In this document: positions 29,841 to 38,745 of the stretch, piece after piece
Layout of the letters: each line of letters starts with the position of its first letter
Position numbering within the stretch: the stretch's first letter is position 1
Source: Rhizobiaceae bacterium
Lineage (GTDB): Bacteria > Pseudomonadota > Alphaproteobacteria > Rhizobiales > Rhizobiaceae
Assembly (NCBI GenBank): GCA_963669455.1
Contig: OY770026.1
Span: forward strand, 2,832,809-2,896,808
Direction of reading: 5' to 3'
Length of the DNA: 64,000 nt
The notes under the pieces: generated by a model
The model's database searches: none
What the model saw: the letters and a program-made list of their open reading frames with translations, nothing else
What the model was told of the DNA's origin: nothing
Program-made: the position numbers and the translations under genes

Positions 29841-29912
29841 ATGCTCTCTCCCGTTGGCTTCCCAGAGCGCAACTTTACATGAAAGAGGGGCTGAAACCAG
29901 AGCGGTTTTCGC

Positions 29913-30980
29913 TCACCTGATCGGCGGGGCGTAGAGCAATCCACCCTTCGACCACAGCGCATTTGCGCCACGCGGTATTGTCACCTCGCCGTCGGGGCCG
30001 AGATGCCGGTCGTAGATTTCGCCATAGTTGCCGACCGCCTTAATCGCGTTATAGGCCCATTCATTGCCATTATAATCTTCCCGGTCGAGACCGAGGCGGG
30101 AGCCAAACTCTCCCTCGACACCAAGCAGGCGCTTGACTGCCGGATTGCCGCTTTCACGCATCTGGTCGACATTTTTGGAGTTGACCTCCAGCTCCTCGGC
30201 ATTGATCAGCGCAAACAGCACCCATTTGACCAGGTCGAACCAGGCGTCATCGCCCCGGTGCACGACCGGGCCAAGCGGCTCCTTGGAAATCGTTTCCTGC
30301 AAAACAATATGCTTGTCAGGCTCGGCGAAGGTTCCCCTCGATGCATAAAGGCGCGAAACATCGGCTGCGTAGGCGTGGCATTTGCCGGCCTCGTAGTCGA
30401 CTTGCAGCTGTTTGTGCTCGTCATATTCGACGACTTCGATTTCCATGTTCCGTTCCAGGAAAAAATCCCGGACATTCAGCGCGGCAGTGGTCCCGCGCCC
30501 GACACAGATCTTGGCGCTCGACAATTCAAGCACGGAGCGAATGTTCAACTCGTCGGGCAGCATGAAACCCTGATTGTCATAAAACCAGGTGCCGACGAAA
30601 TTCACGTCATACTGGGTGTCGAACGACATCGTCCAGGTGGAATTGCGCGACAGAATATCGATTTCACCCTGCTGTAACGCGGTAAAGCGGTCCCTGGCGG
30701 ACAAAGGCGTGAACTCGACCTTGGCCGGATCGCCAAAAATCGCGGCGGCCACCGCGCGGCAAAAATCGACATCGAGCCCAGACCAGTCGCCGTCGCGCTC
30801 AGCTGAAAAGCCAGGCAGCCCCTGACTGACACCACACTGGACAAACCCTTTGGCCTTGACATCCTCCAGCGTCGTCGCGCCAGCAGACATTGTGGTGCCC
30901 AAGAATACCGTGGCAATTACGCCAACCAAACATGAACGCATAAACTCTTCCGGCCTTCCCGGTTGTGCACTATCATGCAC
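29913..30980 (-). CDS. aapJ: general L-amino acid ABC transporter substrate-binding protein
   Basis: Signal peptide plus LEDVKAKGFVQCGV...RFTALQQGEIDILSRNSTWT...ISKEPLGPVV...VGNYGEIYDRHLG...ALWSKGGLLYAPPIR, an AapJ-like sequence throughout. Confidence 0.85.
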   Translation of the reverse strand: MHDSAQPGRPEEFMRSCLVGVIATVFLGTTMSAGATTLEDVKAKGFVQCGVSQGLPGFSAERDGDWSGLDVDFCRAVAAAIFGDPAKVEFTPLSARDRFTALQQGEIDILSRNSTWTMSFDTQYDVNFVGTWFYDNQGFMLPDELNIRSVLELSSAKICVGRGTTAALNVRDFFLERNMEIEVVEYDEHKQLQVDYEAGKCHAYAADVSRLYASRGTFAEPDKHIVLQETISKEPLGPVVHRGDDAWFDLVKWVLFALINAEELEVNSKNVDQMRESGNPAVKRLLGVEGEFGSRLGLDREDYNGNEWAYNAIKAVGNYGEIYDRHLGPDGEVTIPRGANALWSKGGLLYAPPIR

Positions 30981-31261
30981 CTTGTTGCCGCAGTCCCGGA
31001 CCCTCTCATCCGGCGCTGCTAAAGAGAACCAATTGTTGAGACAGGTTCGCGCACCCCAAAAAACACCCTTGCCTGTGACAGAATATCGAAGGCCATCCTG
31101 GCCGCTTCGTCAAGGGTTATGGGGCGGTTCTTGCCCAAGCCGGGCAAAATCTGCCAAGAAACTGATGGCATGGTAAATGCTGTTGCCTCTGGCGCACCGG
31201 AGCGATAGACGAAACAAACGGCACAAAAATCCGGCTGCCGGCAAGACATGTAAGGCATATT

Positions 31262-32440
31262 TTGATGGCAAAAAGCGACCTTTCCGGCAAGGGCATCAAT
31301 ACCAGGCTGGCGCATAGCGGGTATGATCCGAAATCTTACCACGGCTTTGTAAATCCGCCGGTCGTTCATGCCTCGACGGTGCTGTTTCCAGACAGCAACA
31401 CAATGGCGTTGCGCAAGCAGAAATATACCTATGGCACACACGGCACACCGACGAGCGATGCGCTGTGTGATGCGATTGACGCGCTGGAGGGTTCAGCCGG
31501 CACGATTGCGGTTCCCTCCGGCCTTGCTGCCGTCATCACGCCGCTATTAGCGTTTCTTTCGGCCGGCGATCATGTGTTGATTGTCGATTCGGTCTATTTC
31601 CCTACCCGGCGCTTTGCCGACACCATGCTTAAACGGCTGGGGGTGGATGTCGAATATTACGATCCGCATGCGGGCAGTGCTATCGGCGCGCTGATCAAGC
31701 CGAACACAAAGGTCGTTTGGACGGAATCGCCCGGCTCAAACACATTTGAAATGCAGGATATTCCGGCCATTGCCAGGGTGGCTCACGAGCATGATATCGT
31801 GGTCATGATGGACAATACCTGGGCTACCCCGCTCTATTTCAAGCCACTCGATCACGGTGTCGATATCTCCGTCCAAGCATCGACAAAATATCCCGCCGGC
31901 CATTCCGATGTCCTGCTCGGCACGGTTTCGGCCAATGAACGCTGCTGGGAGCAGCTTTTCGACACGTTCTTGTTGCTTGGCATTCCGTCCGGACCGGATG
32001 ATGCCTATCAGGTTGCACGCGGCCTGCGCACAATGGGTGTGCGGCTTGACCGGCACCAGAAAAGCGCGCTGACGGTGGCTGAGTGGCTCGAAACAGAACC
32101 GGGTGTTGCCCAGGTTTTGCATCCCGCACTTGAAAGCCATGCCGGGCACAAGCTGTGGAAACGCGACTTTTGCGGCGCCTCCGGGCTGTTTTCTATCGTT
32201 CTTGACGGCGGCGGCAAGGCGGAAGCGCACGCCTTTCTCGATGCGCTTGATCTGTTTGGCCTTGGCTATTCCTGGGGTGGCTATGAGAGTCTGGCCGTCC
32301 ATGTGGCGCTTGACGACAGGGTGGCCTGCAAGACCGATTATGCCGGCCCCGTCATCCGCCTGCAGATCGGGCTTGAGGATGTCGAGGATATTGTCAGTGA
32401 CCTGAGGAAAGGCCTGCAAGCGGTTGAAAAATTGAAATAA
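31262..32440 (+). CDS. metC: cystathionine beta-lyase (PLP-dependent, Cys/Met metabolism family)
   Basis: 392 aa. NTRLAH...YTYGTHGTPT...S(T)KY PLP-lysine context (VQASTKYPAGHSDVLLG). Confidence 0.85.
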   Translation: MMAKSDLSGKGINTRLAHSGYDPKSYHGFVNPPVVHASTVLFPDSNTMALRKQKYTYGTHGTPTSDALCDAIDALEGSAGTIAVPSGLAAVITPLLAFLSAGDHVLIVDSVYFPTRRFADTMLKRLGVDVEYYDPHAGSAIGALIKPNTKVVWTESPGSNTFEMQDIPAIARVAHEHDIVVMMDNTWATPLYFKPLDHGVDISVQASTKYPAGHSDVLLGTVSANERCWEQLFDTFLLLGIPSGPDDAYQVARGLRTMGVRLDRHQKSALTVAEWLETEPGVAQVLHPALESHAGHKLWKRDFCGASGLFSIVLDGGGKAEAHAFLDALDLFGLGYSWGGYESLAVHVALDDRVACKTDYAGPVIRLQIGLEDVEDIVSDLRKGLQAVEKLK

Positions 32441-32441
32441 C

Positions 32442-32518
32442 TGGCGACCCCTGCAGGATTCGAACCTGCGACATCCAGCTTAGAAGGCTGGCGCTCTATC
32501 CAGCTGAGCTAAGGGGCC
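32442..32518 (-). tRNA. tRNA-Arg (anticodon UCU)
   Basis: Reverse complement is GGCCCCTTAGCTCAGCTGGATAGAGCGCCAGCCTTCTAAGCTGGATGTCGCAGGTTCGAATCCTGCAGGGGTCGCCA. The cloverleaf folds by hand, with anticodon loop CTTCTAA, T-loop TTCGAAT and an encoded CCA. Confidence 0.9.
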
Positions 32519-32536
32519 GCTGGAGCCTGACCGTTC

Positions 32537-32842
32537 TCAGTGCGTCCAGGGCACTTTGCGGTCATAGCGGAAATTTTCCGCATATGAAACCTGGCGGCGG
32601 GTGGCCTCTTTCGGCTCAACGAACCGGAAGGCAATGCCGTTTTTCTCCGCATAAGCAATCGCCGCCTCACGGCTTTCAAACTTCATACGGATCTGGCTCT
32701 TCATATCGGCCGAGGACGTATATCCCATCAGCGGATCAATGGTACGGCGCATTTCCGGATCAAATTCCAGAAGCCACATATTCGTCTTTGCCTTGCCGGA
32801 CTGCATCGCTGTCTTCGCGGGGCGGTAGATTTTTGCTGGCAT
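32537..32842 (-). CDS. ETC complex I subunit conserved-region protein (NDUFS4-like)
   Basis: 101 aa: MPAKIYRPAKTAMQSGKAKT..WLLEF.......DPLMGYTSS.D...Q....F.S.E.AI.YAEKNGI. Confidence 0.8.
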   Translation of the reverse strand: MPAKIYRPAKTAMQSGKAKTNMWLLEFDPEMRRTIDPLMGYTSSADMKSQIRMKFESREAAIAYAEKNGIAFRFVEPKEATRRQVSYAENFRYDRKVPWTH

Positions 32843-32902
32843 GGCGTTTCCTCGCTCGCAATCATCACGACCGGCTTGCCGCCGGCACGTTGGCGGAAGT
32901 TT

Positions 32903-32979
<77 letters not shown>

Positions 32980-33096
32980 GGGTTTTGAAACCAAAGAGGT
33001 TTCTGCGCCGCTGTTACAGAAATAAGATCAGAACCGCAAGGGATCAAACGCAGCAAAATGGCATTTCCGGCTTAGAGGTGGGCGACTTGCGGCCAA

Positions 33097-34143
33097 CTAC
33101 TCCACCAGTTCAAAGTCGAGGCTGCGTTTCAACGTCAGCTTGGCGCAATCGTGGTAGGGAAATGTCTTCTTGTAGCCTTGGGCTTTGAGCGATTTGACCG
33201 CCTGCTCGGTCACCGAATATGGAGGACGGTAATGACCGGAGCAATTTGTCATCGACTTGATCACGCCGTTTGACACCTGCAACTCACCGGCAGCGGCCAC
33301 CGAACGGCCCGCGAAAAAGGTTGAATGATGGACCAGGCCGACATGAAACGAATTGCTGGCATAAAGCCTGCCGTCAAATCCCATAATGAAAATCGCCGCG
33401 TGGTCTGAGTGGACAAAATCTGCATTCGAAGTATCGAACTTTGCCCCTTTTTCATTGTACAAAAGCCCGTCCTTTCCAACCGACAGAGCCTGTAGCAGAC
33501 GTTTCGAACGGTTTGGGAGATAACGGACATAGGGTGGACACCCTTGCGGCTTTATCTTGTTTTGCCAGGGGCAAGCATTGCTCTCGCCGACATACTGCTT
33601 TTGGAGCTTCACCGGTGTGTAATTTGGTGTTTTGACCTCACACTTGATGCAGCCGGAGGAATTTCCGTAACTGCCTTTATACGCAGTGCAATCCAGTGAC
33701 ACCAAATTGGTTGAACTGGTGGTGTACACACCGACGGAAATATCGCCGGCGGAAAAAAAACAATAGTTTTGCTGATATTCGATGCGAATCGAGATGTTGT
33801 CGAAGCTGTTGTAAAGTGAGATGGCCCCTTCAGGCCCGTAGGTGGACTGACCCAAAACCGTGAAGATGGAGCTATCTTTTTTCAGCTCAGTGGACAATTT
33901 TGTTTGTACCCCGCCGCTGGTGGTTTTTTGCGCAGCGGAGAATGAATAGAATTTCGACGGGTTTTTGATCAAAATCCCCAAATCGCTGCAACTCGTGGTG
34001 TCAGCCGCCCGGCATTGGTTTGCCTGGTTAGCAAGCGCGTATTGACTGACAGAGCAGACAGCCAGTGTTAGCCCGAGGCCAAGACCAAATCGCATAACAC
34101 GCTGATGAATTATTGACTCTGTCGACAGAACTTTTTCTCTCAT
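33097..34143 (-). CDS. secreted Cys-rich protein with an unassigned C-terminal HHS...AAAGE...SGHYRP domain
   Basis: 348 aa, about 43-45% GC. AAGGTGGGG lies 9 nt upstream of the ATG. Signal-like MRFGLGLGLTLAVCSVSQYALA|NQ, many Cys in the N-terminal half, and conserved-looking C-terminal motifs. Confidence 0.6.
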   Translation of the reverse strand: MREKVLSTESIIHQRVMRFGLGLGLTLAVCSVSQYALANQANQCRAADTTSCSDLGILIKNPSKFYSFSAAQKTTSGGVQTKLSTELKKDSSIFTVLGQSTYGPEGAISLYNSFDNISIRIEYQQNYCFFSAGDISVGVYTTSSTNLVSLDCTAYKGSYGNSSGCIKCEVKTPNYTPVKLQKQYVGESNACPWQNKIKPQGCPPYVRYLPNRSKRLLQALSVGKDGLLYNEKGAKFDTSNADFVHSDHAAIFIMGFDGRLYASNSFHVGLVHHSTFFAGRSVAAAGELQVSNGVIKSMTNCSGHYRPPYSVTEQAVKSLKAQGYKKTFPYHDCAKLTLKRSLDFELVE

Positions 34144-34308
34144 TTGAATATCCCCACCTTATTCTCTAACAATATTAATTCCACCCTGAATGTAAATCGC
34201 TATTTTGAGAATTATATCTAATTATTTCAAATTATTATATTGAAAAATTTTGTTTCATGTGCTTGCAATATTTACGCAGTATTCAAAAACCACCTCAATT
34301 ATCTGGCT

Positions 34309-34400
34309 TGGGCGTTTGCAGTTCCTTTGAACCGCGTGTATCCGCTTGGAACTATTGAAGCATTTTTCGCACATATGATTCTGTTGGGGCGAAAATGCTT
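34309..34400 (+). repeat. about 92 bp structured repeat, copy B
   Basis: The sequence is tgggcgtttGCAGTTCctttGAACCGCgtgtatccgcttggaactattgaaGCATTTTTCGCacatatgattctgttgggGCGAAAATGCtt|TA. It is near-identical to copies A and C over the central 45 nt, and the left terminus is degenerate. Confidence 0.6.
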
Positions 34401-35080
34401 TAGCCGCCGTCGCCGGCCAAAACACTGGCGGCAAGGTTGCGGGTGACCGGCTTTTTTTGTTCCAGCGACATCCGGTCGATCCTGTCAACAAGGTCGATCG
34501 CGGTTGCCAGCGAGCGGTCCATGCGGGCAACAAGATAGGTGACAATATGCCGGTCGACGGTGATCTGGCGGTCGGCAAACAGTTTGGTGATCACCGCAAC
34601 CAGCAGCATGTCGTCCGGTTCACCGATTTCGACGGTGGTCGCCGTCTTTAACCGCGATGCCAGATCGGCAAGCCCGACATTCCAGGCGCTTGGGAACGAG
34701 CGGCTGGTCAAGAGCAGCCAGCCGCCGGCCGCCTGAATGGTGTTGATCAGGTGAAACAGCCCCCGTTCGTCCAGATTGCCGCCATCGGCATCTTCGACGA
34801 ACGCGGCCTTCGACGGCGGAAGTGCCGGCTCACCGATGGCTGCCGCATCGAAACAAACCGCTGCACAGCGTTCCCGCCAGATCGTGGCGAGATGCGTCTT
34901 GCCTGAGCCAACCGGTCCGGCCAGCAGCATGACGGGAGAATGCCAGTCCGGCCATGCCAGAACAGCATTTGCAGCCGCCTCGTTTGCGGCAGTCACCACG
35001 AAATCTTCATGCGAACGGGCCTCGACAGGCTTAAACTGCATCGGCAATTGCCTGGGATGGTCGTCCTTGGGTCCGTCCAT
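34400..35080 (-). CDS. hdaA: DnaA regulatory inactivator HdaA (DnaA-related AAA+ protein)
   Basis: 226 aa. FVVTAANEAA, Walker A LAGPVGSGKTHL, and the typical position next to purM/purN in alphaproteobacteria. Confidence 0.75.
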   Translation of the reverse strand: MDGPKDDHPRQLPMQFKPVEARSHEDFVVTAANEAAANAVLAWPDWHSPVMLLAGPVGSGKTHLATIWRERCAAVCFDAAAIGEPALPPSKAAFVEDADGGNLDERGLFHLINTIQAAGGWLLLTSRSFPSAWNVGLADLASRLKTATTVEIGEPDDMLLVAVITKLFADRQITVDRHIVTYLVARMDRSLATAIDLVDRIDRMSLEQKKPVTRNLAASVLAGDGG

Positions 35081-35089
35081 GGGGAGTTC

Positions 35090-36217
35090 TCAGGCCTGAT
35101 CGCTGCCGTGGCCGTTATAAAGCGGGGATGCGAGATATCGGTTGATTGCAAAGCGGACCAGCACGCCTACCGCAGCCGATGCGGGAACCGCAATCAATAG
35201 GCCGACGAAACCGAAAAGGGAGCCGAAGGCAAACAACGCAAACATCAACCAGACGGGATGAAGGCCGACGCTGGAACCGACCAGCTTGGGCTGCAGAATA
35301 TTGCCTTCGATGAACTGGCCGGCAAAGAATATGGCTGCCGCCGCGCCAACCCAGATCCAGTCCGGCCAGAATTGAACAAGCGCGACACCGACGGCGAGAA
35401 CCAGCCCAACCACCGAACCGACATAGGGCACAAAACTGATCAGGCCGGCAAACAGGCCGATCAAAAGACCAAAATTCAAACCGATCAGCGTCAGGCCAAT
35501 CGCATAGAACAGTCCGAGCATCATGCACACTGTGCCCTGCCCGCGGACAAAGGCGGCGGTCGCGGAATTGATGTCGGTGGCAAGCGTCCTGACGGTACCC
35601 AGATGATCGCGGGGAATCCAGCCGTCTATTTTGGCGATCATCTTGTCCCAGTCCAACAACATGTAAAACGCGACTACCGGCGTGACGACAAACAATCCAG
35701 CGATGTCGACCAGCGCCTTTCCAGAATTCCAGACCGACTGGAACAGGGTGGTCAAGAACCCTGCGCCCTGCTGCAGCAATGTGCTCAATCCTTCGCGCAG
35801 GCCAACCGAATCGACGCCGATGACTTCTTTCAGCCACGCCGGATCAAAATTGCCGATCAGCGCCTGGAACTGGGTGAGATAATCCGGCAGCCTTTCGATG
35901 AAATCAGACGCCTGGGTGGCAAGGACCGGCAAGACGATCATCAGCGCCATGACAAAGACCAGGAGAAAGCCGATCAGGATGGCGACCGTCGCAGCAACAC
36001 GTGACAAACCCACCGCCTGCAGGCGATCTGCAACCGGATCGAGAAAATAGGCCAGAATCATACCGGCGACGAACGGCAACAGGATGGAACTGAAGACGAA
36101 GAGAAACAGACCAAAGCCCGCTGCCGCGATCACCCAGAATATGATCTGGCGGCGGAACGTCGCGGCCAAGGCGCGGTCGGCCTCGTCTGTTGTCTTACTC
36201 GCTCGTGGCATAACCAC
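35090..36217 (-). CDS. AI-2E family transporter (PerM-like permease)
   Basis: 375 aa, 7-8 TM, with the conserved block IPYVGSVVG...G...F.G..G....P. Confidence 0.85.
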   Translation of the reverse strand: MVMPRASKTTDEADRALAATFRRQIIFWVIAAAGFGLFLFVFSSILLPFVAGMILAYFLDPVADRLQAVGLSRVAATVAILIGFLLVFVMALMIVLPVLATQASDFIERLPDYLTQFQALIGNFDPAWLKEVIGVDSVGLREGLSTLLQQGAGFLTTLFQSVWNSGKALVDIAGLFVVTPVVAFYMLLDWDKMIAKIDGWIPRDHLGTVRTLATDINSATAAFVRGQGTVCMMLGLFYAIGLTLIGLNFGLLIGLFAGLISFVPYVGSVVGLVLAVGVALVQFWPDWIWVGAAAAIFFAGQFIEGNILQPKLVGSSVGLHPVWLMFALFAFGSLFGFVGLLIAVPASAAVGVLVRFAINRYLASPLYNGHGSDQA

Positions 36218-36740
36218 CCATATGTTTGAGCCAGGTTACGAAATAGGCCGCCGTTGAACTGATGGTCAAGAGGGCAGACGTCCAGATCAACCAAAAGCGT
36301 GCGGAACCGAAGCTGGTTGCAAAGGCAAGTTCGGTAAGCACGAGCGAGGCCAGAACGATCTGAAAGGCGGTGTTTGCCTTGGAGATGAACAAAGGCCGCA
36401 TGGCGATGGGATGCTGCATAATCGTTGAGAGCAAAACCGCGCCCATGATCAACCCGTCGCGGGACACCGCCAGTATCACCAGCCAGATCGGCAATTCGCC
36501 CAATAGTCCAAGTGCGGCAAATACGGTCACAAGCAAGAGTTTGTCGGCTAGCGGATCGAGATAGGCACCGAGCTCTGAGCGCTGGTTGAATTGGCGCGCA
36601 ACGAAGCCATCAATGCCGTCGGACAGGCCTGCAATGATGAAGCCGGCCATGGCCCAACCCATCTCTCCTTGAGACATGGCAAATATGATCGCCGGAACCA
36701 GCGCAAATCGCAGCAATGTGATCAAATTGGCTATCGTCAC
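36195..36740 (-). CDS. CDP-alcohol phosphatidyltransferase family protein
   Basis: Motif DGIDGFVARQFNQRSELGAYLDPLADKLL (D(x)2DG(x)2AR...G(x)3D(x)3D). Confidence 0.8.
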   Translation of the reverse strand: MTIANLITLLRFALVPAIIFAMSQGEMGWAMAGFIIAGLSDGIDGFVARQFNQRSELGAYLDPLADKLLLVTVFAALGLLGELPIWLVILAVSRDGLIMGAVLLSTIMQHPIAMRPLFISKANTAFQIVLASLVLTELAFATSFGSARFWLIWTSALLTISSTAAYFVTWLKHMGGYATSE

Positions 36741-37009
36741 AGATCGGTCTCCGGCAAACCGTTTTTCATGGTCTGCCTAAATAATGCGCATATTGCTCCC
36801 ACAGCAAATGGTATATCGGCTGCAATTGCACAAGATGCTATTCGAGGTTCCTGTTGAGGTTCAGGTTCCGGGTCATTGACGCATCCATGGCAAAATGCTT
36901 GGGACGAAGGACTGCAACCCTTGTTCGAATCGCAAGCCGGGTGCATTGACGTGAAAAACGGGTTTGCAAGCCCGCATAATTTCCCGATCGACGGGTCTGG
37001 TAATACCTC

Positions 37010-38074
37010 ATGACTGATGAAAAAAACGGTTTGACCTATGCCAAGGCCGGTGTCGACATCGATGCTGGCAACGCGCTGGTGGACAGGATCAAGCCAATTG
37101 TGCGCACAACCCGCCGGCCCGGAGCAGACGGCAAGATCGGCGGGTTCGGCGGTCTGTTCGACTTGAAGGCAGCCGGTTTTGACGATCCGGTGCTTGTCGC
37201 GGCAAATGACGGTGTTGGCACAAAGTTGAAAATCGCGATCGAGGCGGACCGGCATGGCACTGTCGGCATCGATCTGGTGGCGATGTGCGTGAATGACCTG
37301 GTGGTTCAGGGTGCCGAACCGCTGTTCTTTCTCGACTATTTTGCCACCGGAAAACTGGATCCGGACCAGGGTGCGTCAATCGTCGCCGGCATCGGCGAAG
37401 GATGCGTTCAGGCGGGCTGTGCGTTGCTTGGCGGCGAGACGGCTGAAATGCCCGGAATGTACAGTGACGGAGACTACGATCTGGCCGGATTTGCTGTCGG
37501 CGCCGTCGAACGTGACGGGCTGTTGCCGACCGACGATTTTGCCGAGGGTGATATTATTTTGGGCCTTGCCTCGTCCGGTCTTCATTCAAACGGATTTTCC
37601 CTGGTCAGACGGATTTTGGAACTGACTGGGTCTGCGCTGGATGATGCTGCCCCGTTCGATGATGAGCGCTCTTTGGGCGCAGCACTGCTTGAACCGACCA
37701 GGATCTATGTCAAGCCGCTGTTGCAGGCGATGCGCTCCACCCACGGTATCAAGGCGCTCGCTCACATTACCGGTGGCGGTTTTCCGGAAAACATCCCACG
37801 TGTTCTGACCGAAAACTGGTCAGCGGTGCTCGACCTTGCTGCCATCGACGTACCGCCGGTGTTCTCATGGCTCGCCAGAACCGGCGGCGTGGCACCAGAC
37901 GAGATGATGCGGACATTTAATTGCGGTATCGGCATGGTTGCCGTTGTCGCGGCCGGCCAGGCGGCACAGGTCGCAGCGGTGCTGCAACAATCGGGCGAAA
38001 CCGTCATGCAGGTGGGCCGGATTGTTTCCAGGCGCGAAACCGGCGTCGTCTACCGGGGAGATTTGGCGTTATGA
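37010..38074 (+). CDS. purM: phosphoribosylformylglycinamidine cyclo-ligase (AIR synthetase)
   Basis: [13 protein letters not shown]...GGFGGLF...[10 protein letters not shown]...DYFATGKL are classic PurM blocks. Confidence 0.95.
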   Translation: MTDEKNGLTYAKAGVDIDAGNALVDRIKPIVRTTRRPGADGKIGGFGGLFDLKAAGFDDPVLVAANDGVGTKLKIAIEADRHGTVGIDLVAMCVNDLVVQGAEPLFFLDYFATGKLDPDQGASIVAGIGEGCVQAGCALLGGETAEMPGMYSDGDYDLAGFAVGAVERDGLLPTDDFAEGDIILGLASSGLHSNGFSLVRRILELTGSALDDAAPFDDERSLGAALLEPTRIYVKPLLQAMRSTHGIKALAHITGGGFPENIPRVLTENWSAVLDLAAIDVPPVFSWLARTGGVAPDEMMRTFNCGIGMVAVVAAGQAAQVAAVLQQSGETVMQVGRIVSRRETGVVYRGDLAL

Positions 38075-38742
38075 ACCCAGGTAGCCGCAAGCGCGCCGCT
38101 GTTTTGATCTCCGGGCGCGGGTCCAACATGATCGAACTGGTCAAAGCCGCCATCGACCCCGCCTATCCGGCGGAAATTGTCATGGTGATCTCGAATCGCG
38201 CCGACGCGGCGGGACTTGACGTGGCAGAGGCGTCCAACATCCCGACGCGGATCATTGCGCATGGTGATTTCGACGACCGGGCCGCCCACGACATGGCGAT
38301 CGACGAGGCGCTGGAAGCAGTCAATGCCGATTTCGTCTGTCTTGCCGGCTATATGCGGCTGCTGTCTGACGAGTTCGTCAAGAAATGGCAGGGTAGAATG
38401 ATCAATGTCCACCCCGCCCTGCTGCCATCGTTCAAGGGGCTCGACACCCATGCGCGGGCGCTGATGGCCGGTTGCCGCATTCATGGCGCGACCGTCCATT
38501 TCGTCACGTCGGACATGGATGAGGGGCCGATCATCCTTCAGGGCGCGGTGCCGGTTGTTGCCGGTGATACGGAAGACACGCTGGCCGAACGGGTGCTTGC
38601 CGTTGAGCACCAGCTCTACCCGGCAGCCCTGAAAATGATCGCCGAGGGGTCCGTTCGCATGAGCGGCGGCGGTAGCGTGCTGTGCGGTCCGGTTAAGGAT
38701 GCCGATGCTGCCGGTGTCCTGATTTCTCCCTCGGTAGGGTAA
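38071..38742 (+). CDS. purN: phosphoribosylglycinamide formyltransferase
   Basis: [11 protein letters not shown]...LAGYMRLL...[12 protein letters not shown]...[14 protein letters not shown]. The ATG overlaps the purM stop by 4 nt. Confidence 0.92.
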   Translation: MNPGSRKRAAVLISGRGSNMIELVKAAIDPAYPAEIVMVISNRADAAGLDVAEASNIPTRIIAHGDFDDRAAHDMAIDEALEAVNADFVCLAGYMRLLSDEFVKKWQGRMINVHPALLPSFKGLDTHARALMAGCRIHGATVHFVTSDMDEGPIILQGAVPVVAGDTEDTLAERVLAVEHQLYPAALKMIAEGSVRMSGGGSVLCGPVKDADAAGVLISPSVG

Positions 38743-38745
38743 AAG

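Noticed and set aside
30981-31261. A SAM-type or other riboswitch in the 280 nt spacer upstream of metC
   Set aside because: I could not find the SAM-II or SAM-alpha conserved cores (for example the AAAGCU triplex partner) or a terminator or SD-sequestering stem. The region also holds the divergent aapJ promoter.
36737-37255. 172 aa minus-strand ORF bridging the CDP-alcohol transferase / purM spacer
   Set aside because: It overlaps the purM 5' end in antisense and has no motif. The spacer is better explained as the divergent promoter region.
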